A DNA stretch of 63,071 nucleotides, filler included, from Choristocarpus tenellus KU-1152 (Eukaryota; Protista; Phaeophyceae): the NCBI GenBank assembly GCA_964200185.2. It is 12 parts of 12 records of this genome, joined end to end, with 100 filler letters (N's around TTAATTAATTAA, not from the genome) between each part and the next. Parts side by side here need not be neighbours in the genome. Positions count along the whole stretch, not along the records: positions 1 to 3,309 come from CAXNAD020020892.1; positions 3,410 to 10,718 come from CAXNAD020006363.1; positions 10,819 to 14,721 come from CAXNAD020017232.1; 9 more parts are not named here. One strand, 5' to 3'. How positions within the stretch are numbered: position 1 is the first letter of the stretch; each line of letters starts with the position of its first letter. Below are positions 1 to 12,700 of the stretch, in pieces. The position numbers and the translations under genes were made by a program. The notes beneath the pieces are model-generated. The model was not told the origin of the DNA and searched no databases. It saw nothing but the letters and a program-made list of their open reading frames with translations.

Positions 1-54
1 ATTGATTGTTCCATTACTCCATACATATTTTACGGTAACTGTCCGATAGAGTTG

Positions 55-312
55 GAAGAGTCTAATCGAACATAGGGCTGCATCTGTTCGGGATCATAAA
101 TCCAAAGTTGTGATTTTCATTGGTTTTGATTCATCGTGTTTGCTAGTAAGTGTATGTATCCTTGCGCCGGACACAAGTTTCATAGTCGTGTATAAGTTTA
201 GGTAACTGTGTTTACACCCAGAAAACCCAAAAAGGACTTAAAAACCCAGTGGGAAGCCAAACCCCGAATGGACAAACAGGGCAAACCCACTGCCCTTTTA
301 AATATTTGACTT
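55..312 (+). mobile_element. Old, degenerate copy of MITE family A
   Basis: Contains GGGAAGCCAAACCCCGAATGGACAAACAGGGCAAA and internal segments collinear with the intact copies at 32799-33056 and 33731-33990. Ends are approximate. Confidence 0.65.
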
Positions 313-1667
313 GATGTAGATGGATCTGGGGTGTTCATTTACTCTGTGGGTTAAAAGTAGAGAATAGCGAAAGACTCCATGTCGCCTAGACTGAGGTTCT
401 ACATGACGGAGGAAGAGGTTGAGAAGGGCATCAAAAAGCTTTGAGAGAAGGAGAAGAAGAGAGCGCAATCAAGTAGCGGCTGAACACGATATCCAATGCC
501 TTAAGCATTTTGCCCGAGTTGGACAAGAGAGAAACCCTTCACGCCAGAGGTAAGGGGAGGGGATTGTACTTTCATGACAACCAGTGGATGCGAGGCGCTG
601 TGGTCAGATACCCACCCTGACTCATAGTTGAGGATGGGAGAGGACCGAATGAGCTATCTTTTTGAGGTCAAATGGGAGAATGGCGAGGTGCAGAATGTCC
701 AGCTTGTTGCAACACTACAATACGGGACAGGGCACTCCTAGGTGGATCTGTTTCTGGAGAAGTCCCACATGATAACACCTTTTTTTTTGCGCGTGTGTGG
801 CGTTTTCCTTCATCCTTATTGTAACTATTGTTATCTTGTGATCAAGAAGTCGGACATGATTGGTGTGGGGATGCTTCTTCATACACAATATTCAGCTTGT
901 GATTTTTTCCAACCTTGTTTGTGTAGCTGGGTGTTATATTTTCTCTCTTGTTCTCATTACTAATGGTATTTTACAAAATATATATTTTTAATATTTTTTG
1001 TATTGCTCTTTGTGATGAATTGTTTCGGGGCGATCCAAAATCGACATTTGGATTAAATTTGCATGTGCATTTTTTAAACGGAAGTTGTATTCGGTTATAG
1101 ATTCGTAGGTATTTTCGTGTGATGAGATCGGTGTGTCCTCTTGTAGCATGGTCTTCCTTGCCGCATCTTCGAAGCTGTACGTACGCATTCCCGAGCGGAT
1201 TTACTTTCGTGTCTTGGAGATTGCATATGCTTAGGACATTGATGTGGCATTGAGTGTTATTTCGTTTCCCACACAAGTCTCTTCTCCTTCATATGAATGA
1301 TTTCTGAGTCGCCAAAGTCATGGACAACAATATGGTCCAACCATAGCCTAGACATTCTTCACGTTCTTTCCAGTTCCAATTCGAAGGCAGAAAATCTACC
1401 CGAAGAGTCCGCTATTCTAAACTTATCATCAAAACAATATGAAAATCAGGTCAAAGAAAGACTATATGCACACGCTAAATTCACAACTCCTGCCCATGGC
1501 CTGAATGGACGCCCGTGCTAGACCCCCCCCGGCAAGGATTTGGAGGGCCGATAGCACCTGCAGGCGGCAAGTCACATCCAGTACTGTCAGACCAAAGGAC
1601 GGTTGAATCTACGAGCCCTATTGAGGTTGCCCTGTCACACACAAACTCTACTGGCGGGTATGCTCAC

Positions 1668-2077
1668 CTTCAGCTTCACAGGTATGCCAGGGCGTCCGGT
1701 GGAATCTGTGGTTCGACAACCAAGCCATTCCTGCCTTTCTACCTCTTTCACTAAATATTCAAAGAAAATAAATCAGACTCGGAACCGCCTCCTGAACTTC
1801 TGTGCCTCCCGCGAAGTGGCGTCTCTTAGAGCTACCTCTCTCCCCAGCATAACCCCCCACGAGCCGCCATATAAACGGGTCGATCTTGGCGGATGCGAAA
1901 CCTGCGAAATAATGGACGTCCTTCCTTCTTATCCTCCTTGTCCATCAAAGCGGAGATGAGCAGTATCCCAGTTGCGTTTATCCTAGATCTCGCTTCCAAC
2001 CTAAAGGTAGATTCATTAGAAGAAGATGAATTAGAAGACGATGAACTCGAGGACAATGAACCCGAGGACGATGACAT
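1668..2077 (-). pseudogene. PIF/Harbinger-like transposase N-terminal remnant
   Basis: Ser-rich N-terminus, then after a frameshift near 1832: LRDATSREAQKFRRRFRV*FIFFEYLVKEVERQEWLGCRTTDSTGRPGIPVKLK|GTGAG. The FRRRFR...D..GR..IP..LK pattern is typical of PIF/Harbinger transposases. In-frame stop present. Confidence 0.65.
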
Positions 2078-2133
2078 TCGGTCTCTCTCACTCTCTTCAT
2101 TCATTTTGTTCATCTTGAACCAGATGTGCCGTA

Positions 2134-3001
2134 GGAAATAACTCTGTAGCCCCAAGTACATAGCTACGCACAAAAACAGAGGGCAATCGAATCACCAAGA
2201 ATTCCATTCAGTTTGCCTTGAAAATTGGTCAAGAATTGCATGATCCACCCTCCGTTCAGATTTGCCTCGTTCAGAAATGCCTCAAAATTGCCGTATACTT
2301 CCCACTTGTTACGATTTTCCGTTTCGAAATTCCCCAAAATGAGAAAAACCAAAGGAAAAGGGGATGAAAACGTGCGTATAGGAGATGGCCTTACACTAAA
2401 ATAATAATATTGGTGATAAAAGAATTTAATCGAAATATTAATAAATAATAGTCTTAGTTGTGAAAATACTTACCATCTTGATTTGCTCATGACTTTTGGA
2501 TTATTTTTAATTATGCTTTGGTCCGCACCCCTCGTGTTCTACTCCTCCTCCCCCATTGTAATGCCGCTGGTGACCAACCAGTCACCTCTGTCACTGATTT
2601 CCACTCACCACCATATCCGGTGACAAACCAGTGCGACTAAAATCACTAAAAATCAAGATGGTAAGTATTTTCACAACTAAGACTATTATTTATTAATATT
2701 TCGATTAAATTATTTCATTACCAATATTATTATTTTAGTGTAAGGCCATCTCCTATACGCACGTTTTCATCCCCTTTTCCTTTGGTTTTTCTCATTTTGG
2801 GGAATTTCGAAACGGAAAATCGTAGCAATTGGGAAGTATATGGCAATTTTGAGACATTTCTGAACGAGGCAAATCTGAACGGAGGGTGGATCATACAATT
2901 CTTGACCAATTTTCCAGGCAAACTGAATGGAATTCTTGGTGATTCGATTTGCCCTCTGTTTTTGTGCGTAGCTATGTACTTGGGGCTACAGAGTTATTTC
3001 C
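2134..3001. mobile_element. Non-autonomous foldback element with ~350-bp terminal inverted repeats, TA-flanked
   Basis: 2132-2484 is a near-perfect reverse complement of 2650-3003, with a 165-nt spacer. Ends read TA|GGAAATAACTC...GAGTTATTTCC|TA. Confidence 0.85.
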
Positions 3002-3309
3002 TAAGAGAGCTACTCAAGTAGAGTAATTTGCTTTGTGTGGTATGGATATGTTTATTAGCGGAGTCAGCACTATCCTCAAGATGAGGGGTGGTGCTCTCCA
3101 TTGTTATCTAATTCAGTCGACATCAAACACGTCAGAAATATGTTTAAACATGTTTGTGATAGTTACACTACGTCAGTCACTTATTAGTTCAAGTTACACT
3201 ACGTCCGTCGCTTATAAGTTCAAGTTACATTACTTCATTCACTTTTATACTATAAACCATATAGACTATTAGCCTATATTGCACACTCCCCCATGAGCGT
3301 GCAGCAAAG

Positions 3310-3409
3310 NNNNNNNNNNNNNNNNNNNNNNNNNNNNNNNNNNNNNNNNNNNNTTAATTAATTAANNNNNNNNNNNNNNNNNNNNNNNNNNNNNNNNNNN
3401 NNNNNNNNN
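3310..3409. other. Artificial contig spacer (first of 11)
   Basis: N44-TTAATTAATTAA-N44, which has stops in all six frames. Identical spacers at 10719-10818, 14722-14821, 20394-20493, 26152-26251, 29644-29743, 34061-34160, 36724-36823, 39716-39815, 51987-52086 and 57875-57974. Confidence 0.98.
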
Positions 3410-4986
3410 TTTTTCCCTTCCCCCAAACCAAAAACTATTTTTCACCCACCTTCCCTTTTTTGGGGGGGGGTTTTGTGGTTTTCCCCCCCCCCCCCCCCCC
3501 CCCCCGGATGATGAAGAGACTATGCAAAAATTGTACGAGAGTTATTATTCTGTCATTTGAAGCCCTTGTTGCAAAGAAGTCTTCTGTTAGACGTGCACCA
3601 ATTATTGAACAATCTCCTGTTGGATACATACACCGGTGTTGACCATCCGACACGCACGCAGTGAACACAAAAAATACAGGTGTGTGTGCTTTTTAAAAGA
3701 GGAAGACATGTTTTTGAAAATACAGGGCAAGAAGGTGGTGGTTGGGTTCAAAGACAAAAAAAAAAAAGAAAAGAGATGCAACAGAACACCTTCTGGTGGG
3801 TTAAAAAAAAAGAGTTGGACAGGATTCCAAGTTGTCACCACTGGGGTCGTTCGTTGCGCACGCCTGAGGCTGGATTTGCACTCCGTACCAGGGGACACAT
3901 GTGGGTCTTGCTTGAATCACAGGTTGGTTCTCGGGCTTGAGTCAGCTCGAGGTGAAGGTCCAGCCCAATTCCAGGTCTGAGGTCAGAGTATCACAGGCCC
4001 CGGTATGAAGGGGTGTAAGAAATGGTTCAGTTAGAAAGGAAGGAGGTGAAAGGTCCTTATCTCTATATTCCTATTTGTGGTCCTGGAGTGAAAAATTTAG
4101 GTGTTCTTGGGTGATTTGGTGAAGGGACTGTCATCAGAACGATCCATTTGTTATGCGGGTTCTGCCCCTGTACCTAGTAGGTCTTCAAATATTGTAAAAA
4201 GAAAGGGTGATATTGCTGCGACTCAGGTGGCAACATTTATATCTCTGCTGGTACTACTGCGGGATGTGCAAGAACACCTAGGATAGGATTTTTTTTTATC
4301 TCAAGGTGACAAGTACAACCAGTGCAATAGCTGGAAGAGTCGAGAAGAGTTCCCACCACCTTGGGAAGGCGGGTGACACATAGATAGGCAGCGGACTATG
4401 AATTGTGTCTCTGATCTTTGGCAAGGACAGAAAGCTGCAGGTAACATTTCTGATGTTTGGCGCAATTGGTGATATGAGAATGACCTTTACAAGTAGTCTA
4501 GTGTATGCACCATACGTATTTAAAAAGAAACGTAGCTAACGATATTTTAGGAGCCGAAACGTATGCCAACTAAAAATCAAGGTGTGCAGGAGAAAAAGGT
4601 ATTACATTACATACACAAATACACTACTATGGTCTCCCGTCTCCCAGGACTGCACCGGAACATTGTGTTGTTATTGCCTACACTTTGACATTTCACCTGA
4701 TGCGTGCCGGCACTGCTCCCAGGCTTATCAGATTCAGACCGTGTTAAAAACACCAGTACAATGTATTTACAAGGTGTACGTACAACTTTGAGCCAAAAAA
4801 AACGAAAAAGAAAGCCTAACCCTCACGCCGACAACCTCAAATGCGTCATCTACGACAAAACGAAGTAAGAAAAAAGAAAATCAAATATGCACTTGCTTCA
4901 TTCAGCACTCACAATACTACTTGAACACATATACAGAGGGTGGGGGGGAGAAGGGAAGGTAAACAAGGGAGAGGGAAACAAAAAAA

Positions 4987-5994
4987 TTAAGCGGCACCCC
5001 CATCCTCAGCATCAGTGCCTCTGCCATCAACCCTTTCACAACTCAACTTTGGCATCATGGTTCTCCTCCTGACCTCCCCTCGCAATTCACCAGTAGTGTC
5101 TGACCCCCCAGGTTCAGTGCCAGTTTCAGGTCGCGCTACCGAGCTACTTGGGCTGAAGGAGAGGGTGGTCTGCCTTGGTCGCTTTCTTCCTGTCAGCGGT
5201 GAGGACCCCCCTGCTCCTCCAATAACTCGAGGAACAACCCCACCCCCTGTTTTCTGTTCAGTCCCAGACTCACTCCTTTCATTTTTCTTACCGGAGGTCC
5301 CTCTTTTTATCTCCATTTCAGTTGCTGACATCCCTGCACCCTCCTTCCCCTTTCCCTTCCATCTTCTCTCCGCGTGGCGCACAACCCTGCAGGTCCCTTC
5401 ACTAATGTTGTCCTTGGAAGGCGATAACTTGGATGGGGACAGGGGCTCGCGGCAGTGACCAGTGGATGGGGATGGAGGAGGACTTTTCTGGGGGCGAGGC
5501 AATGGTGGCCTTCCTTCTACATTTCCCACTTTCACTGAGCGAGAGAAGTGACACTCTCTGCTGAGAGTGTTCGCTCGGTGGATAGAGGGCAACCTGTGAG
5601 TTGGTGTTGGTTCTGTCTTGCTGGTTGTGTCTGAGGCAACTGGCGTGGACTCAACCTTGCAGTAGATTGTTGATGTTGGGTCATCATTTCCCTCCAATTC
5701 TACACCACTCGGGGGCGCAGAAGAGGAGGGAGAGGAGGCGTGTTGAATGGCAAGGCGGAGGGTGCGGTGATGGTCCAACAGCTGTCGTACAAGCTCGTCT
5801 GCAGTCCCAGAAGGGTTGAGACTGGCATCTTGGAGGGCATTTCTGACAAACGACACCTTGACAAAAAAAGAGACAGCAGTAGCATTTGGTGGATAGTGAA
5901 AATAATTCTTTGTTATGATCAAAATAGGATACTGCAGGGGAGGGGGATAATATAGGGAGTCAGGATAAGGGTGGAGGAAGGCAGTTGATGACAA
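4987..5994 (-). CDS. Intronless ORF with a SAP-like motif and low-complexity tail, probably element-derived
   Basis: 335-codon ORF. KVSFVRNALQDASLNPSGTADELVRQLLDH fits the SAP helix-extension-helix spacing (L...L..SG..ELV..L). Basic KRPR segment near the C-terminus. Confidence 0.4.
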   Translation of the reverse strand: MSSTAFLHPYPDSLYYPPPLQYPILIITKNYFHYPPNATAVSFFVKVSFVRNALQDASLNPSGTADELVRQLLDHHRTLRLAIQHASSPSSSAPPSGVELEGNDDPTSTIYCKVESTPVASDTTSKTEPTPTHRLPSIHRANTLSRECHFSRSVKVGNVEGRPPLPRPQKSPPPSPSTGHCREPLSPSKLSPSKDNISEGTCRVVRHAERRWKGKGKEGAGMSATEMEIKRGTSGKKNERSESGTEQKTGGGVVPRVIGGAGGSSPLTGRKRPRQTTLSFSPSSSVARPETGTEPGGSDTTGELRGEVRRRTMMPKLSCERVDGRGTDAEDGGAA

Positions 5995-6252
5995 GGCAGA
6001 GATCTGAAGGTCTTGAGGTGTTGAGATTCATGGGTAAGGCCTCTGGGGGATATCACATCGTGGAGACAATGGGGGGATATTAGGTAGATACAACTGGGTC
6101 TAAACCCTCGAGCAATTTACAGTGTCATTTTCAGTGTACTTCGTCTTTTGATTGCGAACTCTTTTTGGTTACAGACTGCGCGAAGGTTAAATAATCCTTA
6201 GTTCCAAATTATTGTGCCATCAAAGCGCCATGAAATGAAATCCTTCATTTCT

Positions 6253-6930
6253 TTAAAAGAACGTTTGGTCCGCAAGATCTACTCCAATTTCATAGCACGC
6301 TTCCATCGAAGTATCAAACAAGGAGGACTCCATGGCGCAGATGTTATACTCCACTTCAACAAAACGACGAATCAAATTCAGCCTCAAATGCGAGCTCACC
6401 GTATCGTCGTTGAGGAGGTAGGAGGTTTCAATATAACCTGCATCGGGACTTTGCACAGGGCTATCTTCCTCCTGGGAGAGATCACTCCCTTGATCACCAT
6501 CAGGGGTGGAGCCTGCGAATACAACGCCACCAGCAGGGATGAATTCCTCTTCTGACAGGTAACCACTTGAGTCTTCGTGATGGAAGGTGTCCACGGGCAT
6601 AGAAACTTCCTCTTCCGACAGGTATGCATCTGAGTCGTCATCGTTGGGAGCGTCCACTTCGCTGTCAGTGTCCGCAGTTTCCGATTGTTCCGAAGGTACA
6701 TACTCTGCGTCGCCGTCTTCATCACCCTCGACTTCTTCAGTGGCAACCTCCCCACACATCATAGGCGCGCATGGGAGGCGGGGCAGGGACATCGAAGAGA
6801 ATGCCCGATCCACATCAATAGGCAACATGGACAGACGATTTGCGTAATCCGTATATATCCTTGTCGACAGGTACAGCTCCTTGCAAAAAGTAGAGATCTT
6901 ATCATGAATCTCACCACAAAACGAATGCAT
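6253..6930 (-). CDS. Acidic hypothetical ORF in the same decayed block
   Basis: 225-codon ORF, very D/E-rich, with an internal repeat (YLSEEE twice). No family recognised. Confidence 0.3.
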   Translation of the reverse strand: MHSFCGEIHDKISTFCKELYLSTRIYTDYANRLSMLPIDVDRAFSSMSLPRLPCAPMMCGEVATEEVEGDEDGDAEYVPSEQSETADTDSEVDAPNDDDSDAYLSEEEVSMPVDTFHHEDSSGYLSEEEFIPAGGVVFAGSTPDGDQGSDLSQEEDSPVQSPDAGYIETSYLLNDDTVSSHLRLNLIRRFVEVEYNICAMESSLFDTSMEACYEIGVDLADQTFF

Positions 6931-7881
6931 ACCAGATCTCTGCGGTGAGGGAGGAGAGAGCTTGTATGAGAGTTAAGTGATAAACCCAAGTGAACTATAA
7001 ATGAAGCACTGAACGTGGAGGTTACGTTAGGTGTCAATCCCTTACTGTATTACCTCATTGTGTGGTCTAAATGTTTGTCTTAGGACATGTCGCACATAAG
7101 CCTGTACCACTTCGAAAAAGCGCAAGGGTACCCCAGGACAAAGATCCTCGGTGTAGATCCTCGGAGAAGCCTGCTGATTCATGAGTTGCCACCCCAGGCA
7201 CGCATGCAATTCCTGTTCGGCAGTCATATTCGAAGCCATACTCTACGCAGAAAGTTGATCTGGTGTGGAGTATAAAAAATATGCGAAGTGGGTATGGAGA
7301 ATTGAGTAAGGACCTAACACAAATCAAAATTTTGAAATAAGGGAAAGGTGAGATGGGATGGAAGGCGTTGGTTGGTTTGGTGGTGCAATTTCATTGTTTT
7401 TGTCAGTATTATGTAAATGGCGAAGGAGAGAGGGTTCTGAATCTCGATACCATCCCAAACCCATCCAATGTTGAGGACACAGGTTGGTGATTGAGGCTTG
7501 GAGAAATCGAACCCAGATAGTTGTAAACCAAGAGTTCGAACCTCGATATTGAGCTATGACTGATATGGATGTATGGAGCGCAGCAAGACGGGGCTCGTTG
7601 GAGGAGGTGCAGGTGTGTTCATCGAACACATAGGCAGGACAAGTCCACATTCATGAGTTCAGAATCTCTGGCAGCACTCAACAGAAACTATGAAGGATTG
7701 CAGGCATAGATAAATTTGTGAAATGCATCGTCTGCTCTTTCTCAGGTAGTGGAGGTGATGGCTGGTTGGCAAGATGGGATAGTCTTCAACATCAACATAG
7801 TTTGTAGAATTGTAAAGAGCATGTTGTCTCATCACTCTCTCGGATACGTCGGCTTTGAAACACAGGAATACATATTTTCAG

Positions 7882-9737
7882 GTGGAGACCCCAACTCGCG
7901 GGATTCAACCTATTTGTCTCCATTGCACCAGGCTGCTATTGGGGGCTCACAGGTGACCAGCGTGTTGTCTTATTGTTTGAGCTTCTGTGTTCGCCGTTGT
8001 GACAGTCAGTATGGTGCAACTTTGATGCGGTGACGATTTCTCATTTAAACCCTGAGATAGAGGGGAAGAAACAGGATCGATAGGGATATGTTACAGATTT
8101 CGCACGTATCGGTCCGCAGAAGTTGCCTAATATTCCACACAAGGCAGGCTGAGAGAGGGACCAGCTGTTGTAGGGATAGAGAAAACATATTTTTGATGGA
8201 ATGGTGGTTGCTCTCCGACACGCTGACCTCTTGCCAAGGTATTGCTTGCTTTTGATGGCCATATTGGGTTCTTGTTCCGGCATATGTGAGGAGATGGTGG
8301 CCCTGTATGACTTGGTACTGGCCTTAAGTCTTACCAGAATCCTCTCGTAGATTCCAAGGCCTGACCATGGGGATTGTGTGAATGGCTCAAGATCGGTCCT
8401 GAATTCTAAAGACATTTTCATGCCTCGCATTCGTAGCGCATGTATAAGCGAGGTTTTGGTTCATCGAGCTCAGCCCCCAACTTCTATTACCCCTACACCG
8501 TCTGCAATCACGCTATCACCCTACCAACAGGAAGTGATTGCGGAACTGTTAAATGCTGGAGCGGATGTGAATATTGTTAACACCTTGGGCACAACGCCAC
8601 TGCACAGCGCTTGCGCCATGAATCGCCTACGCTGTGTTGAAATCCTACTGGCACGGGGGTGAGAACGGAGTGTATTTATGATAGCGCCCGAACAAGTGCC
8701 TTTAGCAGCCACCCGCCCTCTCAAGAAATCTTTCCATACACATTATAGTGCATCATAGGGTGTTAAAAAGCATGCTTGAAGCATGCGTGTCTAACCTTGT
8801 GCGGTTTTCATTCTCCAATTTGGGCTGCTCTGTTTGTTCTGACTGCTCAGTAGTGTTTGGGTTAGCAGGTTATCTTCTAGAGTGTATATTCTTAACTTAG
8901 GATGGAATTAGCGATTGCGTGGTTTTGTGCCTCTTCTACAGGACATCCAAAATCTTTCCCCTTGTGTCTATTCTCGTCACTTTCTGAACGACACGATATA
9001 GAGGAGATGACATGGCAAGGGATTTCCGTGGCAGAACTCCAGTAGATGTGATTGGAGACGACGTGAGGGCAGAGGGACAGGATGTGGATTGGGCTATGCA
9101 TGACTCTATCAAGCGATGTCTAGATGGAGGGATGGACCTTGCCCAGGATGCTGTTAAGGCAGCTGAAGAGGTGAGGGTGGTGAACACTATACCTGTGCTT
9201 ATGTTTTTGGCATTGTGAACTTGTTGGTTTGGTGGGGGGATGCTGTAGCTTGATAGTAACCATGATGGTTGAAGCAGGCAGGTTAAAGGGGGGGAGACTC
9301 AAGGAACAATACGACCATTGTGTTTCCATAGTGTTTAATGTCAGGCAGGGGTTAGGAAGTCAACAGGGAATCGCCCTGATCCCTTCACCCTACCCCCCCC
9401 TCTCCCACTGGGACCACTATCAAAGTTAGTACCACTGCTGAATGAACTCTGTGATCTCCCCTTCACTTGAAAAAATGGAATGTAACACACTTGTCAGGCA
9501 TTTGACATTGCTCACGAGGAGCTTACTCCTCCCTACGAGCTTGGTGGACGAAGGCGGTGCAAGTCTCACAGCTCGCATGGCCAATACACCCACCATAGTC
9601 CCAGAAGTGCAGGGCCCCCCGGTAGGAGCACAGAGTCAGCACTACGTCAAAAGGTGACCAGCTTGCTTGCACAGCTTCGGAACAGGGATCAACGCTTGCG
9701 AGGTCTGGAGCAGGGGATGGTCATCAGGGAGGGCGAG
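7882..9737 (+). CDS. Ankyrin-repeat protein, partial (4 exons)
   Basis: Phase-consistent GT-AG exons 7882-7952, 8531-8658, 9002-9170, 9498-9737. Ankyrin motifs DPNSRDSTYLSPLHQAA, LLNAGADVNIVNTLGTTPLHSAC and ARDFRGRTPVD, followed by a coiled-coil-like segment. Gene ends unresolved. Confidence 0.85.
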
Positions 9738-12700
9738 GTATGTCTTGAGTGTGTGTGTGTGTGACTAATGTAACTTCCTTCCAGTGACAGGGGTTTTTTT
9801 CCCCTAAGAAATTGGTACGCTACAGGAGATTAATCGAGATTTATTCGGGTCTAGGTTTGGAGATGTGTTGAGCACAGTTCCTGTCTGGTAAGGTAGGCTT
9901 AGTGTGAGGGCTCTTCAACACGGGTGAGCCAAGAATGAGAGGCAAGAAAAGGTGTTGCGTGTGTATGGTGTTGTCAAAAGAATCCTAAAGCGAATTTAAT
10001 ACACATTGGTTCCTATGTTCTCATCTGTTGTAAACATGGAAACCAGGATCTGTGCAGCACGATTCATCTTGTGTGAAATCAAGAGATCAATCCTAGACCA
10101 TGGTGGTTCTACGTTATTCTTTTCCTCTTTTGCTGAGTGTTCATGATCCTACATCAAAAGTGCAAATTTGTAGGAAATGGAGAAGAAATGCATGCAATGT
10201 AATAGAATGGACTCACTACATCACCGCTCACTACATCACTGGAGAGGTCGTTTGTCGTGCCACGGGTAAAGTGCAAGAGGCAATGGAAAAGACAGGCAAT
10301 AACATCTTCTGTTTGGGGGGGGGGAGGGGGAAGAAGAAGCATATAGGATTGATTGGAAGGGATGGCATCTAAGGATGCACACAGCAAGTGGAGAATGGCA
10401 GTGCAGTGGTCTACAGCATGCCTGTACAGTGTTTTTGTTGCACGGCGTGACCCAGTTGTGCCATATTCTTGAATGCTCCATGTTTTGCCACACTTGGCAC
10501 ATTTCTTGTCCCGGCCTGTTAATATAGACGTTAGGTTTGGCACTTGTGTGTAGCGGCATTGTAGCATTGATAGTCCACATTGCATTGCATGCTGTTGGCT
10601 TCACACTGAGGTTTTTTTTAATGCCTGTTTGATGTGTGTGCTTGTGTGCTCTTTTGGGTTTTGTTGGGGGGGGGGGTGGGGGGGGGGGGGATCTGGGCGG
10701 GTGGGCTAACCCGATTAGNNNNNNNNNNNNNNNNNNNNNNNNNNNNNNNNNNNNNNNNNNNNTTAATTAATTAANNNNNNNNNNNNNNNNNNNNNNNNNN
10801 NNNNNNNNNNNNNNNNNNAGAATACCTCATTTGACTTGGCATGGATTGTCTGGTTCAGAGACCCTGGCCCCCATGAGTGAGCCTTAGTCAGCAGGTGACA
10901 ACATCGCACAAACGGGAAATAATGGAAAGAGAGTGGAGAGAGAACAACACGCATGTTCTCCGGGTGAAAATGGTTACTTCTGGCGTCAAAATCGTCCTTA
11001 AATGCGCGGTTCGCGCGGACTACTTGATTTAAGTATGGTCCTGTATTTCTCACTATTACTGCAAGTTGACCAACCAACACCCATCAAATAAGGTTAAGTA
11101 TGATTATGCGATTAAAACAAACGAATTTTCATGAAAAAAGTTGATGTTGACCCTAAGTTATGGCACGACAAAGTTTATGTAGGAGGCCGACTGCCAACAC
11201 TGCATCAACACTTCATCACTCTGGAATATACAAATATATTGGTGACCCTTGAATGATACATGTTGGGCGTGGGAAATGAGGGGAAAGGATATTTGTACGG
11301 TGGGGTGATGCGCCTCTGTGGTAATAATACTCTGGAATAGAACGTCACCTCAATGCTACAACTATGGTAGTGGTGGGAATACCGATGTGCCGTACCTCAA
11401 AAAGTACTGTCATGATAAATTTCTTGGTTCTATCAAACAGCACTAGGGACGAAGATAATATCAGGAAGTACTACTACTGTTTTGTTGACTAATGTCAAAA
11501 CCTGGCATGCAATGGTCACAAGGTGATTCACACATTAATACCAACATTATACCCACCTGGTCGATTTACCTGTTTCATGTTTTGGAGTGTCCAGGGTAAT
11601 AATGGAATAGATAAGTCCTGTCTGTTGTTGCATGATACTACCTACCCAATCAACGCCATCCCACTCCAGGCTGCCTTCTCACAAAAATCTAGGTGCTGAC
11701 TACCTCGTACTTCATAAACTACAAGGACAATTATTGTGCATGTACGTGACTGTGGGCGATCCGTTTCAAGCCTTCGAAGGAGAAGAAATTTCATGCTTGA
11801 CCAGAGAGCAAAGATCGCAACAGAAAAAACGAGTATTTTTTTGTTTGTAGGCGGTTCACCACACATTACGAAAATCCCGAATAAACGGCAAGGAACACTA
11901 GGGGAGTAGATTTCACTGCGAGAGACACCAGACAAGTGACTTGCAAAAAAGGACTACAGCAAAACCTCTCCTAATGAGAGCAAAGAAAGGTGGATGGCGT
12001 CGGATCATCCGTCAGCCACACACGCACATCAACAAAATTATTTTTAAAACTGTCATGTGTTGAATCAGATATACATATATGATCAGAGTAGCCGTGTCTA
12101 CTCATAGGTAAAATAACTAACAACGAACAAGTACACACCCATGCAACAAGTGCTGCCGAGCACCAAGGAGTTTGTTGATGCGGCAGGGGACACATACACA
12201 CGATGTAAAGGAGGAAACACAAGAGACCAAGAAGACAGTGAAAACTTCCCTAAATGGTTAGACATGGGTACCATGAGCCACGGGGTGAGGGTCACCAAAG
12301 TATACATAAACTAATGTCGGGTGTTTGATCTGCACTATTACCACAGCACTACACAGCACTTCCTTCTGCACTGTCTGTAGCAGTCAACCCAGGGAAATTT
12401 CTACCATGCACAAGAAGAGAAGTAATACAAAGCGTTGTACATTCCCATACGCACGATACATTCAACCCATCCCTGCGCTAAGAAAACCTCGCAGAATACA
12501 CAAACCGAAGCATTACTGCTCCGGAACAATGTACCAAGCACAAACACAAACCTCAGTGCCTTTGTGAGAGGGCATGGGTTCTCTTCATCCCACCGGTTGT
12601 ATACGCGCTAGGTGTGCTCTCAAGGAACAAAAGCAGTACACATAGTGGTCTATTCAAGGAACCTACTGCTGTGTCTCTTTACTTAGCACCACAAAACCGG

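Noticed and set aside
378-760. Decayed coding relic (FEVKWENGE...YG)
   Set aside because: Multiple stops and frameshifts; family cannot be supported by eye.
3310-3409. Recurrent TTAATTAATTAA in N runs as a biological repeat
   Set aside because: Identical 100-nt artificial joins; ORFs running into them are artefacts.
4495-4520. Helitron 3' end (small hairpin plus CTAG on the minus strand)
   Set aside because: Stem is only 5 bp, it is not GC-rich, and the A|T insertion context is missing.
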